Positions 1 to 14,900 of a DNA stretch of 64,000 nucleotides are shown one piece after another (position 1 is the first letter of the stretch; the number at the start of each line of letters is the position of its first letter). The translations under genes and the position numbers were made by a program. The stretch covers positions 37,882,001 to 37,946,000 of the forward strand of contig OZ260662.1 in NCBI GenBank assembly GCA_965285935.1, given 5' to 3'. This stretch comes from Ophelia neglecta (Eukaryota). The notes beneath the pieces are model-generated. The model ran no database searches, was not told the DNA's origin, and saw only the letters and a list, made by a program, of their open reading frames with translations.

Positions 1-287
1 TTCATCCGAGCAGACGAACACTGTTCCCCGAACAATCTAGAATAAGCGTAACAAAATAGCTTAGTATAAGCGTGACAAGACCTTTTTAACACTGCTACCA
101 CCTTAACAGCATTTTATAAGCGTGGCTGGACCGAACTGTACCTTACTTAATCCTTAATAGCAAAGTTTAACCGAGACATAAAAAGTGCTGTCTCAACCGA
201 GTATAATAAACGTTTAATAGCAGAATATTGGTACCAAAACAGCAGATCATTCAGCCTACCAATAGCAAAAAATAAACTATATGCTTG

Positions 288-812
288 TTATAAGCCCCCC
301 CCCCCCTCTCCGTGGGTTGAGGGGGCCGCATGCGCGTTCACGATTTCTCGGTATAAGGGGTACTTTTTGCGCTTTGATCTCGGGCCCGAAAATTCCCGAA
401 AAAGGGGTACATTTTCGTTTTTTTTTTCTCCCGAGAAATTGAAAAAAGGGGTCTGTTTAGCAGCCTCCCTAGAAATTGAAAAAAGGGGTATTTTTGCAAG
501 CATGTGCCGAGAAAAGGGTTGGAAAGTTACCCGAGAATGGGGGGTAATAATAGAGAACACCACTTCCACCTCCCATGCCTTTCAATGTGTTCAATTTAAA
601 TATTTTACCTCATGTTGATGCCCCCTATAAAAAGGGGTTAGGTGCTTCCTGGAGCCTGAGTTAGGGGAGTATAAAACCTGAAAAACCCCGCGATAGCCTG
701 AGATAAGGGGGTAAAAATTCAATGCCTTTCCTGAGATAGGGGTCAGTTTTCAAAAGTGGTGAACAAGCATGGGTACCCCATAAAATGGCGGAGTAGGGGG
801 CCGGGGTTATAA
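288..812. mobile_element. Non-autonomous DNA transposon (MITE) with imperfect TIRs and ~10 internal CC(C/T)GAGA..AGGGG(T) motifs
   Basis: The left end TTATAAG(C)nTCTCCG is inverted relative to the right end CGGAGTAGGGGGCCGGGGTTATAA. TTATAA lies at both ends. Confidence 0.7.
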
Positions 813-3800
813 TGGCACGCCTGGTCGTGAAACCGTTCCTCTGTGGCTCAGAACCAGATGACTAGACATAAATCTGTAAACGTTACTCTGAACCCTACAG
901 TAACTCGCTTACCTGTAAACCTACGTAATACAACATGGTGTATTTAACCCGATCTTATAGTCAGTCCTGAGACACAACCCAGACCTACGCCTTTAGGCTC
1001 TATCATTGATATCTAACATTTGCCTAGCACGAGTACTTCAATTTTGATGAAAGGGAATAAGCGATGGTCTATAACAACAATCTATTCAACAAAAAACATA
1101 ACCAGCCACTAGGCCATGAGCAGAGACAGTCTTTAAGAGTAGATGTTGAACTGGGACGAATGACTCGTATTTACCTCATGGCAAATGTTTTACTACCTAA
1201 AACTGCTCGAAGAAGTCTTCTGCAATTCAATCTTACTTATTAAGTTGTATCAAATCCGGTTCGTAAGCAAAGTTCTACATGAATCATGCACGTGAATAGA
1301 TTGACGAAAATATTCATCCAATTGAGATTCTGAATTCAGCTAACCAGCGATGACATTTGACGACAGTGATTAAAGTAATACGTGTCGGCTTTAAGATTCA
1401 CTTGAAAAGATTTTCAATTTTAAATCGAGTTCATTGGCGTCGAATGTCTTAAGTTGACGTAGACGAGAACATGACTTGAAGGCAAGTAGTACATTCTCTT
1501 GAAGTTACTATCTTGACAATGCAAATCGATATTACTGTCATTTACTGGTCGAGATTTAAATGCTCGCTCCGTCATCATTTAATAAGGTTAATAAATGATG
1601 ATAAACCTAAACGTTTTAAGCCGTGGCATATCGGTCTTATTCAGACACTGTCTGCTACTTAATAAAAAATCGTCAGGTATTGCCAGGTGATCCACGATTT
1701 TTAAAAAGAAAATGGCGGATTCGACAACGGTTATGTATCTGTAAACACCAACGTCCTGTTTACCTCAAACTAAGGGAATCTCTTTGCTTTGTTTCTAGTT
1801 TCTCTCTTTCCGGATACATGAATGCTAGCAAAAGTTTAACTATACCCATCGTCACCCTTGGGCAAGAATGGCCTAAGCGACATTTTCTTAGTTTTGAGAT
1901 AATCAAGAAAATATATTAATTTGATCATTTAACTGATAAGCATGTTAGTCTGATGCAGTCGTTCAAGTTTCGTAGGGCTTTTGCAAAAGAACATTCCTGT
2001 TTTGATCAAAATTTTTTAAATTTTTTTTTTAAATATTTATCTGGGATTTTTGTAAGTTAGGACATACTTGAAAGTGAATAATGGCCCGAGTTTCAAAAAG
2101 CTTTAAACCGAAATTGAGCAGGGTCAAGATACAGAATAAGAATAGCCTCAGTGACATGGTAGGATAGTAGGACAATGGCCTAAAATGCTTTTGATAGTGA
2201 AAAAATGGCCGAAGTGACAGACAAAAATAGCTTAACTAACAAAAATGGCCTAACTGACATGGTAGGAAGTAAGGTCATTTCTTTTTAATATTTTGACCAA
2301 TATTTGCATTGACACAAACCATGTACCTTGAGAATATATCTATGATGAACGGTCTTCATTGGACTGTCGTTTTGATATGCATAACTCCACTTTCCCGAAA
2401 TGATATTCAGTTCATTTTTGCATAAGTGTGACGCTATGCTTTATTTATACTCTAAACACTAAATGAGAGTTCATCGACACTCAATGCCTTTGCGCCATGT
2501 CGAGAACCTTCCCTTGATTCAACAGATCCAATCTCCGTATAACAGTACGTATTAGAGTTGGAAAGAGGGTAATGTTATAAAATGGTATGAGATTATCCGT
2601 CTGTTAATTTTCTTGGAAAAAGCAAGAAAAAATGATCTGCTAATAAACTCTCATTTTTGATTCGGATTTTTCCGATGGATAACCGGATGAAAGGCTGAGC
2701 CAGTCGCGGCAAAGTCAGTGGCCTGTTATAATCGCCATCACACCAAGGGGCGATGCCCGGGTTCGTTAGATGAATTGTTAATGGTCCATGAGAGATCTAG
2801 GCATGGAAACATTACCGTTGTTGACGTGAATTCTTGTTGGGATGTCTAGTGTACAGTTTCTTGCCTTCCGAGTCTCGTCAGTAATCTGGATATGTCTATA
2901 AACGGTCCGTTGGAGACAGCCGGTGGTTAAAGTGTCGCGAGTCTGAATCGTTAATTATCGATCTGTTTGTGATTTGGTAGAGAAAAAGCTGCAGTAATGC
3001 TATGCCTGATGCTAGGAGTGAGTTGGGGATGGGTCTGTACCTTATCGTGCTTTTTAATATCTGCAGCTCGATTGCGCAGAGTTTAAATGTATTCAGATTG
3101 CTGTCAATCTTTTGCAGTTGACACGACACGCAAGATAACCCAAAGAACCATATAATGCCAACCATATCACAGACCCTCATTCAAGTAGTAAACGGGAGTG
3201 TATGGGCGGCTGCAAAAAGGAAGTTATTACCTTTGTGGATCACTCCTCGCGCAGATTTTTAGTGTCTGGTCGATTGAAGATTGGCGTGTCCAATGTCGGC
3301 GAGAAATAGCCCGGCCTTGTCTTTTCATTGTCAGCTTACTGGTGTTACCATAAACCTGCATCAATCACTGAATTGTTCTTCTGGGTAACAAAAACATTTC
3401 CCTGTGCCCAGTATGTCCATTATCAGGCCATGCAGTGTAGAAGACCGCACTAATACAGTTTTGTCCTCAGATCTATGAAAATCACTAGACACAGCTCGCC
3501 ATCGGTCGTCACGATTCGTCTTATAAGCTTAAACGTCAATAATATCTCAATCGTCAGCCTTTCGACCAGTCTCTTTCAAAGAGTAAGCCTTGTCTGCCGT
3601 CTGTAGACAGAAGGCCCATGAAGAGTTCGATGCCGACTCTTAACGGCGGGGGCTCGATCTCATTTATAACCAGCGAGGTAACGGTTGCCTTTTGGTGGCA
3701 GCTGATCGCGTGCGATGAGCAAATTGCAATTCGAGAAACAGCCAACTAGCCCCAAGGCTGTTAGGAGATAAATTAACAGTCGAAGGATGTTTGCAATTTC

Positions 3801-4417
3801 TTGGATCTGTCACAGTGGTGTTAGTACACTTATGTGTATAAAGTACATTCACATCGAACAGGATAAATCACAGCAATGCGCCTTAAAATGCCAAATTGTT
3901 GAAAAAAATAGGTCATAAGGTCACGTACGTGTAGGCTTTCACGATGTACGTACACATTTGCCTCAAACACACTTTTTTGATTGTCCATGGTTTAATCTGC
4001 AATACAAGAAACCACTTTCTTATATCCCAGGTGTAATTGTTCTTACCTATATTATTACGGTTGATTATTAAACCTTTTTTCGCAGGTGCGGTCCTTATTT
4101 CATGGCTATTGGAACTTTCTGGTTTGCCTGAAGGGAATCTCAACGCACATCACTAGTTGTAGCTAGGCATTAACAGCTATCATTTAAGCTATACTGGACT
4201 AGATGTGTAATAGGTGATGAACTAAACACTTTTCCGCGCCATTTCCGGTAAGGTGACCCATTTCGGCCACATATCAGAGAAGAAGCCCTCACGCCCACTG
4301 TGAAGCGCCATGGCGAGTTACTTCTCTACATGGGTAGGGATTAGGCAGTAGGGATACCATAGCCTCATAACATTTCACACTCTGGCATTTTTACCACAAC
4401 ACATTAAACCAAGTCGT

Positions 4418-4985
4418 GTGCCTTAAGGGTCTCTTTGTGGCCTCTTTTATTCTAAATTTATAACTTGAACGACATTGTGGAATCTATCGCCGGCAACATT
4501 TCTCTGTTTGTTGGAGACACTTCGTTCTTTTTATCCAATTATGATACATTTTCTCGTTAAGGAGGCTGCTAATTCGATCGGTCCTTAATTTGATCTCTGA
4601 CTGGGGTGACCGGTGGAGGCGCACCCTTGAATTCCAGTTATCTTCCCTAACGGCATTCAATTACTGATCACGGATAATATAAAACACTCAGTGTGTATCA
4701 ACATTATATCTAAATTGCATTGAAAATAATAATAAGAATTCTTTGCTCTGAAAGGGTCAAAGGGAATAAGGTATTTAAAGGGACTTAAATATAAGGTTTC
4801 AAAAAAGAGATGGACAACCGCTTATTATACTTTTGTTTCATCAATCATCGAGTACAACGCACTAATATTAGACAGTTGTGCATTTTCGGTGTCTTAGACT
4901 TTACAAAAACGTTCCAATAGATGCCCTGAGTTTGATTACAGCATTCGTCTTGGTACTTCTACTGAACTTATATATATCTTGGGAG
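4418..4985 (+). mobile_element. Highly decayed CR1-type LINE RT fragment
   Basis: Frameshifted remnants read VP*GS...LLF*IY..NDIVESIAGNISLFVGDTS (cf. VPQGS.LGPLLFLIYINDI...LFADDT), ISDWGDRW, LKYKVSK, YYTFVSSIIEY and GTSTELIY. Confidence 0.75.
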
Positions 4986-5214
4986 AGGATTTCGACCTTG
5001 TGTTGAGAGAAGAAATCGTCTATTTTGCTGAATTTTTATTCCATCGTCCTGTCTTCCCTGTCATTGGTTCGTTACGACCTTTACAACCGTAGCCCTCAGT
5101 CTAAAAATGTCCCTTAACTTAATTTATGGTTAGAACAGAACACACCCGGGGATCTTTTGGCTTCCCATCAACTGGTGGGACACGTTAAAATTGAACTTAA
5201 CATTGATTACTAGC

Positions 5215-5409
5215 CAGGGGCGTTCCCAGCTTTCCACAAGGGGGGGGGGGGGGTCACTTCAGCGCGACATGAAATGGACCAACACAGGTTTTTCTGGTGG
5301 TGGTTCGTAGATTTTGAGGTACGAACTATGAAATTTTTTTTATGACAACTCAAGTTAAGTCAGCTGAGGACGAACCCCCCGACCCCCCCCCCCCTTAGTT
5401 ACGCCCTAG
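5215..5409. mobile_element. Short MITE, hAT-like (8-bp target-site duplication)
   Basis: Imperfect TIRs CAGGGGCGT...ACGCCCTAG with internal poly-G and poly-C tracts. Flanks TTACTAGC (5207-5214) and TTACTAAC (5410-5417) differ by one base. Confidence 0.75.
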
Positions 5410-7958
5410 TTACTAACGAATTATCAATTATAAATATAATCAGACCACATAAAGAACCTAAATTTAATACTTATATAAGCACATAGCTGAAATCCTCCTT
5501 GCACAGTTGAGAACGACGGTGTGCACATGACATATTTTTTTTCTCTTACACCCCTTGAATGAATGTAATAAAGGATAAGACTCTTCATTTATGAGTTATA
5601 TTTATATAGTTTTACATCTTTTTAGTTTCTTTTCTCACACAAGTCAGTCACTAATGGAAAATGCTCTCCTCAAATACACTTCTACCTTAAATGCAACTCT
5701 ACCCCCGTTCACCGTGGTTGCCCACGGGTTACTGCTAGTATATTCTAAATGGGGCCAAAGCTTTGATGGGAAATATTGCAGAAACTTATCACTGAACGGC
5801 AGCAACCAATGTGCTAGAAATCCACCTTCAATAAATAGGACCACATTAAAAAGTTTTTAATATCACCTGCTGACATTTAGCCAAAATTGCTGTAAAATTC
5901 TAGGCACACACTTCATTTACCGACGTGAAGAACATCAAAACGCCCATGGGTCCGAGAGGATCCCAATTAGAGTTTTTAGCTTTCAGGTGTGGCGGCAGAC
6001 ATTTCGTTCCGGTGCCAGTGTACGTAGCCTTGGCACTTTTGTCAGGAAAACTGACATCATTTCTGTTGAATTAATCGATGTAGACAAGAAACTAATTCAC
6101 CAGACAGTGGCGACCTTGCAAACCCAATGCTATGTTCGACCCAGTGCGATAGATTTGAACACTAATTATGCATAAACTGCTAAATCTCCGATCGACCACA
6201 CCTAGTTACTAGCATGGAACCTATATCTTTACACATACCCCAACAATTAAAGTGTCAGTCACTGCGGTCCTCCTATATTTGAATAAACACTGAATTTTTT
6301 AACCTTATTACATTCGAAATTTAGGTAACATATATATCAATAGAGGACACAGAACGATTGGCTCATTTTTCAACTAACTAGTTTGCCTTCGACCATGTTG
6401 ACCCACGCAGTACATATACCGACGTCAGAGAGAGGCTTTATGTAGTTCAGAAATACGAAGGAAATTCAACCAATCACAGTACAGGGCGCGTTCTACGTAA
6501 TGAAATGTAGTAGGCTGCCAGCTGTCCAGTGAAATAATTCATGTCCGGTTGTGCCGGAAAAAAAACAAATTTTAACTCCGAACCTAGCACAGCAGGTCCA
6601 GTTATTTGGTTCATGTCTGATTATACCGAATAAATGAGGGAAAAATATAGCGTCATGACATTTCTCCGAACTATTGGGTTCTGTGTCGTTTGGCAACCAA
6701 ACGCGAAAAACCATGCCTTCGTCTTTGCTAACTTAAAGCTCCGCGAAAGTAAACGAGGCTCCGCCTCTGCGCCAAACTAGGAGGTCGACAAAGTTGGTCT
6801 CGTGGAATTAACTCACGCAAATATATAAGCCTATGTGTAGCAATCGCGAAATCTATCCCGTGAATTTTTATTCCAAATTGACGTACCTTAAAAAATCTAG
6901 TCATGGCCAATTAAAAGGTTTCTCTAGGCCGCTTTTTCGGAAAGCCAGCGGCGTTTATTGTCAAATATATACTGGACAGACTAAGGTTTCAACATGTATA
7001 GAACACACATGCAACATTTGAGGGAATAATTTTTATCAAACAGTGTGAGATCGGGGTCAAATGTTAATTTTGAGAAGGTTCATAAGAATAATATATATTT
7101 TATTGTTGATAATGGTACTTGAAGTCCTGCTTATATATTGCTTCATTTAAATTCCTAGGTGCTCACATGCACTTCTTAGTTGTATTATATAATATAAAGT
7201 TGTTGTAGGCCTATATGCAGCACTGGGAAAGTATTTTTATGGTCAACAAAATAGAATACACCAGATTTCAAGCTTACTGAATCAACTCTTAGTCATGCTC
7301 ATTTGACATATGACACATGTAATTCCAAAATCATGGCACTACTCTGTCAGGATTTTAACAATTATTTGGGCGTTGCTGTGGCCACCTCGTATATTCCGAA
7401 TTCACTTAATAATTGTCAAGGCAATGCCCATGGGATTATATAGGAACAATACACCTTTTCCTTTGTATTACGGAAAAACGATTGGTCGAGAGCCGGGCCT
7501 TACGGCATTCCACCAAACACACAATGATCCAGCATGACCGAGGTCAGCAGTGTAGGTGGTTCCGGAGGCATTGCTTCACCCGAACACATCATCAATATGT
7601 TATTTCATCCCGACACTTGGGGCCCCCAATTGTTTGTTAATAAAATGATAGGTAGTGGTCAAATAGCCCCAAGGAAACAATCTGCGTCAATCATTTACAC
7701 CGTGGTGGTGTTTATACGCACACCATCCGGTTTAGTTTCAGTGTTTTGTTATGCCTAAAAGTGTACTTGGCCTATTATAAAGATTTTCAAAAGGCACTGG
7801 GATTCGATTTTAGGTTAAGCATACCTGTAGGCAAATAAAAGTTATGGTATAGAGCATGTCTATAGGGATCTCATATCATATTTAAGCCAATTTTGCCTGC
7901 GAGTTCTCAGCGAATGGTTCCAGCCCAAATCTTTGCTACACATTGCTGTACGCACAAT

Positions 7959-8130
7959 GGGGGAGTGGGCAGGAATGGGAGGGGAACTTAGCCAGTGTAG
8001 GAGAGGGGCAGGAGTGGGTAAAGAAGGGTAGGGAAGGGGGCTGAAGAGGGGAATTGGCCAGGGCAGCAGTGGTCGGGGGCAGTGGTCGGAGGAAAGAGGG
8101 GGGGCGGTTGGTTTATGGGGGCTTTAGGGG
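7959..8130 (+). other. Purine/G-run-rich low-complexity tract (G-quadruplex-capable)
   Basis: More than ten GGG+ runs in ~170 bp within AT-rich surroundings. Confidence 0.6.
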
Positions 8131-10599
8131 ATAACTGTCAGCAAATCAAACGTGCTAGTAGCCGCAAACATTCTAGACACGAATAAAAAAATGTGTCTAC
8201 TTATCTCTTGGTGATGTAATAACATGTTTTGCCAACAAGGTTTATTTACATTACCCAGTGCTACCATTGTTTATATCTGTTAAGATAGGCCTTCATAAAT
8301 TTATATATATACCGATAGACATATCTTTAACAAAAACACGTAACTATAATTCTCCAATGACTAGGGTTGCTATAGACAGGGGGATAACCTGAAAATCCCT
8401 TTAACAGCCTGTGTCGCGCCTGCAGTAATGAATGTGACCTGTCCTCTGTCAGCTGATGTGGAAATCATCTGGGACTTTCACCATTTATATGGCAGGAAAA
8501 AATGGTGCAAACTGAGCATGTCCTTGTGTCTTTGAGAAAAGAAACATACCCCTGCTCTTTGAGCTGCTTGCGCCACCATTGTTTCTGGTTTTTAGCATTT
8601 TAAGGTATCATAGTGGCATAAAATGGTCGGCTGGTTACATCTCAGTGATAGTTTACTAGGTGAAACTGTATCTTCTAAAACATGATTGTCAGTAGCGGGG
8701 TTCTTCTTTTGTTTTGAACAATAATCAAATGTTCAGCAGCTTCTTTAGTAGCTGCCTGGACACGATCGTTTGGTAAGGTGGCATTGGTGTGTACTCAGCT
8801 CTTTGGGGATACAATATTTTATATCACAGTATATAACAGGCGACTCAGAAACATAATAAACGGCACAATACACAATTTATTATTGTTTTTGCCCATCACG
8901 TTTGAGGCCTACAGCATGGAGCTGTATTCTTAAGATTGTTATATTCTAGGTCAAATGCTAAAAATGGGATATGCAAAAACAAAACAAAAACCTCTTGTTT
9001 AGTCCCCTTACAGTGGAAAAAGCGAACAAGGAACTCCGACGTGTGCTTTGAATAGTTATAACCACTAAATAGTAACCATGAAAATAATTCATCTGAACGC
9101 CTTAATAATAAAATGACTGCCATTTACCCGGTATAGATTCAGACCGATTATTGACAAGTTATTGACAAATGTATCGCATCACCCCGCTTCTTACATCAGT
9201 CGTACATTTTTACTTTTCTTTTTCTGAACTCACTACCTCGGCAGCATATTTTGGATATGCCATTTGATAACAGCACGGCCCCCAGAACGCTCTCCCGAGT
9301 ATAGCCGTAGAGAAGTGTATTTCTAGTTGCTTACATGTCAATTTTTAAATTGTTTTGGATTTATCTTAAATTTGTCAGCCAATAAATCATTTACGGGTTG
9401 TTTCTGTACAGGATTCTTTTTACTGTTTATTTTCGTTTACCTTAAAATCAATTTATTCCCATAGACATTGTGTTATATGGTCACATGCCCTGATGATAAC
9501 AACTAGCATTTGCTTTCATCTATACATCAACTTGTTCGCAATAAAGTCAGCGTCCTTGAACTCTAAGTGCCAATGTGATGTCATTCGTGATGTATATGCA
9601 ACATGACTCTATCATATACCAGTGATTAAGACATGTAAGTAGAGACGATAACTATAGATATTTTGACATAAACCTCAATCAGAAAAACAAAATGGGATTT
9701 TAGGCCTTCAGAGGGTGTTTACGGGCTGCAGGGGTGCGTGGGTGCATGGCTAGGCGGCAGAATGCCCCTTCACCCGATGCTGCTTGGTTCCTTCACACAT
9801 TTGCATCAGACAATATCTAGAACTGAAGGTTGTTATCTGTCTCGGCCCAATTAAACAAACCATTAATATCCTGACTACAGCCTTGCACTCACATGAGACA
9901 CGCGTCCATATTGCGCGTAATCCGATTCAACAAAATAGATAAATATTAAACACCCTATTTATCCATCGCACAATATACTGTCGAGTTAAAATTTGGCAAA
10001 GATGTTGGCTTGAAAATAGTCGCCATGATTCCGTTGGACATGATGGTACGGCCATATTCATTCCCTTGAGGATGGTATTTTGTGTCGGAGCAATCAAACA
10101 TGAAAGGCGTGCATTTGAAAAAGAATTAGTGGAATCCCACATAACAAAGGGCTTTAAACAATCTCGGAAGAATCCATATAAAACATGATATTAAATCGAA
10201 AATGGAAATTCTAAGCCTCAAATGACTGTTTTGTTGCCGGGCAAATTGGCAAAAGTCTCTAAACAACATGTTTCAGACAAACGAGGTCGTTTTAACTTTT
10301 CATCGGTCTACCCTTCAAGGAGACATTAACCAGCGGTCCTTCACGTCAAGGACAAGAAATACACCAAGACACATGGCATTCTTTCTCACAGTGACATGCA
10401 GAGTGTTCACCGAATAACTTTCAAAAAGGGTCTCCCACGAAGTAACGCGCCTTTAGCTGTTTAGAAGGCAATTTGCTCTGGACAGATACCTTCGCGTCCT
10501 CCTACGACAAAGCTGTTTCGCCTTCTGGATGTGATCTCATTCCTGTCCGCGCTTAAACTGCTATGTTGAGCTTTAGCAAATTTACGCATTTACTAAAGG

Positions 10600-10980
10600 C
10601 GACAGCACAAGTGTACTGTGAGTATTAATAGGTCAATGGGTTGATTTATTCTGATAAACTATCCGGGTCACCATTTAGGTATGATTTAAAATGTTGAGTT
10701 TTCCAGTTCATGTTTTAATCCACCAGCTTAAAAACAAGCAGCCGGCAGATCCCGGAGTGCCACCTCGCCTGGTGGTATCTCAGTGTCCAGTGTGATCACC
10801 AGCAGATATCGATTGTCACAGTTTCCACAGCCATTCCTGTTGCTCCTTCGTGTAATTAGTGTTTTACGAAACGTTTGAATGGGTAAGCGCCAGGATGATT
10901 TGTTCCAAGGAGGGGATGCGTAACACTGACTTCAGTTTGATTTGGCGCATGAATAGAATTGCCAAGCTTCCCATTTAGGT
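10600..10980 (-). mobile_element. Possible very decayed LINE ORF2 3' end
   Basis: Minus-strand remnants AVET and IPPGE resemble the L.VETGR...R.C..C...EDE.H C-terminus of Jockey/CR1-group LINEs. The sequence is heavily degraded. Confidence 0.3.
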
Positions 10981-11748
10981 TAGGCAACATTAATCACCCC
11001 AAGGCCTCCATTAAAATGATCAGCGTACTGTCAAGGGGTGATTTGTGAGAGGCTGGGCCCACTTTACCCTTAACCCGATTGTTTAATCCCATTACTGATT
11101 TTTCTATAATTATATCTAATCATATTGCCAGTCCGAATTAATAAAACACAGCAGGATTTCAAGGGACGAGCAGGACGTATTTTAAACATTTTCATCAGCA
11201 ACACCAAACTGCTCAAACATATTCAACATTTTGCCAAGAGTGGATTTTTTTCGGATAAGTCAGTATTTGTCTATATATAATATAATAATATATTTCTTTA
11301 CAACCTGCAAACAATTAATTGGCCTTATCAAGGTTCGAATGAAATTAATACGCTATAACATTAGATCAGTTCAAAACTCGGAGCTATTTTTGTATTAAAA
11401 TAATAATTAGAATTGGAGGAGAACTATAATGCATAGATCCAGATTAAGATTTGCAAATGTAATTGTACACGCTATAATAGACTATTGATATCCAAATCAG
11501 GCCAAGCCTACCTTTTGAACGACGTGCAATGATGATCTGAGATGGGCTGACAACACAGTTGTATTACATCCGAAAACCTACTTCCAGAGATTGGACGTGT
11601 CTCCTGGCAATGATGACAGCGCGGACACTGCACTGATATAATTACTAATCCATAAACTTGCATGCAGCCGCATATCTTAATGAGGTGTCTTTATTGTTAA
11701 GATCAAAGTTTGGATGCACTTAATCTATCAAAATATAAATATATTATA

Positions 11749-11926
11749 CAGTGAAACCTGCCTTGAAGAACACCTCTATTAGCAGACCATCTGTCAATTT
11801 AGACCACAAATATAAACACCATACAGTACAATTTCAATATCAAATATCCTGTCTAAACAGACCACCTCCAAAATAAGACCACCACTATCCGGTCCCTTGT
11901 GTGGTCTCAATTCACAGGTTTCTTTG
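11749..11926. mobile_element. Tc1/mariner(pogo)-like MITE with TA target-site duplication
   Basis: TA|CAGTGAAACCTG...CAGGTTTCTTTG|TA, with repeated internal AGACCA motifs. Confidence 0.8.
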
Positions 11927-14900
11927 TATATATAAAGACAGGTAAACAGTTGAGATAGGTAAATTCACTTTCTTGCACGTTGTCAACGGATCATATCAAA
12001 AGCTGTCATTGTTTTAGCTTTGGCTCCATCCAAACATCGCCCTTTCGACTGCAAAACGATGGTGTATTCATTGTCGAAGACTACCGCTACACTTGTAGGT
12101 CACCGAACGTTGAATGATTTGCCAATTTTCTCGAGGCGCTTACCCACACGAGGGAAGTCGCCTCTTGCGTGCTCATGGATATTAGAGGCCCATGGTATAG
12201 ACTAACGAAGGCAATCCAGGTGTCCATGTTTGCTCTTTGAGTTGAACACAGTTAATCCAGCCGGGGGCGAGCGGGTTTTTGGGGGGCTGGAGGCAGCGAC
12301 ATTGCCAAGTTACTATACATAACCAAGTCAGGCTTTCCTGACTGCCTGATCTCGCGCGCCAAAAGCGCATTACTTGTATTTCCTTATTACATCCATGTAA
12401 GCATTATATATTTGTAGATCTGAGAAGTATTTTTTTCGGACGGAAACATGCATAGTGGTGTTGGTGTTAGTACATGAAATGATGTGGTGGCTCAAATATT
12501 TAATATATAAATAATGGGAGCATCGACTTCGTCTCATTTTATCAATTTAAAATTATCCCATTACTGAAAATGAGTAATGAGCGAATCTCCGTGAGACGTG
12601 AGGAACGAGAACGCATATGGCGGGGTGCTCTTTATGGTGTTTTCAGGAATTTTAATGATATTTTGATCAGTTATTGTTCTCGCCAGAGGAATTATGACCA
12701 ATAATATATTTGGATATTAACTTCCTAACTTCGAGCTCCGATACCGCCAAACATCACGCACAACTTTGAATTGAATTAAACAAATATACCAGAAGGAATT
12801 AAAAAGACGTGGGCCAATGTTTTTATGACGAATTATTAATCTGACTTAAAGTGGTATGCTATGCGAAGTCACGCTTAAAGATTTTAGTTTGATTTCTTAA
12901 AACTTTAACTTTCAAATATATGAAAAATATATCTGCGTGACGTTTAGTACATTTTCGTGAACATGTAGCCCAATACACTTTCATTATTTTGTTGCAATCA
13001 TATCGACATTTTGTCATACTACTGAGCAGACATTGTTTGATGATATAATTATTTACTTTCCATTGATATTGCTCTATTGTCAAAAAAAGTTTGGTCATCA
13101 ATTTTAATATAGGTCAAGATAATATAATGATAATGGCGTCTTTATTACAAAAATATAGCGTGTAGAAAGATAAGAACAAATTATTTACCGAAAGTTTCAT
13201 CAATGTTAATCAAACTCTGTCGAACCGAGAAAAGACTATTAAAGAAATCCAGTCAATTATAATAGGAGGCAAAGTTAATTTTGGTGTTATCTTTCATCCA
13301 CAATAATCACTGATAGATTCATTTTATTTTTCCGCAGAATCAAGTAATCCCTTCAACTCTGCCTTTCTTACTATATAGCTGGAAAAATCACCCTGCGAGG
13401 AGTAAAATGGAAATTTTGCCTGTTTTCCGTGTGCATTTGTTTTAAAGGGAATGTTTGATTCATTTTGACTTGGCAATGGCAGCTGAAAGGTTTTGCTCAC
13501 TCTGAATCTAACTGCCAGATGAAGAGGAAACTAGATTGGAAAGTGGCAGCTGGAATTGGTTGATACTGAAATATATCTGCCAATTGAATTTACAATTGCC
13601 GTCTAACCTTGCATTGTTTCCTATTGATGTGCGGAAACAAGTCTTAGAGGAATGACATCCACCTAGTTAAAACAAATTAATATAGTCTGAGTGAAGAGCA
13701 AGTGTGACAAAATTGACCTAATATGGCTGCGACTAACCAACCAACATCCAGGTGAGAACAGGTGCATGAGATTTTCGATCACAAAGATTTCGGCCAATCA
13801 TTAAAATATGAATGCCCGCATGAAGTCTCTTTTATCTTTTATCCATAAAGCTCACAAATCTCCACCTCCGTTTACGGAGTAAGCTGAGTTAAAACGTGTT
13901 TCACGTACGTTCCGGTATCCGGGTATTTATATCCAACCGGACGCCGCTTCCGGCTGCATCTTTAGATCCCTATCGTCATACCCCTTTAGTCCTCATTATC
14001 CAATGAAAATGGCATGTTTTGGGAAATCGGATCATTTAATGAATAATTACTACTTGGTTTGTATGCAACCTTTAAGATCGGGTTTGTTACTGAAACCAAA
14101 GACTATCGGATTCGAGAAATAGGCTACTATTCCTAAACTCTTACAACTGACCTTGGTAATTATCTCGTAGGTCCCTCCGAGATATAATGACCAATCATTA
14201 TCGTACACATTGTTTAGAAAATGGCCGCCTTTCGATCTGGTTCCCGAAGAAGGGGATCAGAGGTTAAGGAACAGTATCACGGAAGTCCTCGGGGACCGAT
14301 TATATTTCATTTAAGCTTTTCAAGACGACAAATTTTCCTATTCACCGTGTATTTAAGTATAAAGCTGTTGATACTGTTTTTTGTTTGATTTGTTATAGGG
14401 AAACTTGCATTCTACTTCGTGCCATTTTCCGGAAAATGCGTAAGAGTTTTAATCTATTTGCCGAGAATTCCCGTTCTCGCAAACAATACTTTAGTACTTC
14501 ATACTATTTCATAGATGAATTGTGTAATTCGCCACAGATATTTTCGGCACTGCACGCGTCTGCAAGACGTTTTGGACCCAGGTAATGTCGTCCCTCTGAA
14601 TTTTCGTTCCCTGAACTTTTTGTACCAAGGAAGTTAAATTCTAGAATATTCTGGGCTGATAAAAGGTCATTTTGGACTCACAACATTTGGGTCAGTAGCA
14701 TTTCTTCTTAAACCTGTTCTGCCCATGGGATCTCATACCCAGACTTCCATCGTTGACCTCACAGCGATAAAAATATTAATGGTCTGTTTGCAATAAAAAT
14801 GATCCTTCTTTAGTGTGCATTATAGTTGCCGGAAAGGGGATGCATAAAGACAGAGACGTATATATATAAATATAGATATACCACAGTTCTATAAATCTCT

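Noticed and set aside
5644-5844. ORF containing PHLEY, a LINE RT C-terminal-like motif
   Set aside because: A single short motif is not enough to call a LINE fragment.
10769-10784. CTGGTGGTATCTCAGT, resembling the 3' part of miR-317
   Set aside because: The seed region does not match, no precursor hairpin is evident, and it lies in a probable LINE remnant.
11525-11640. Two ATGATGA boxes and CTGA motifs resembling a C/D-box snoRNA
   Set aside because: There is no terminal stem and no recognisable rRNA-complementary guide.
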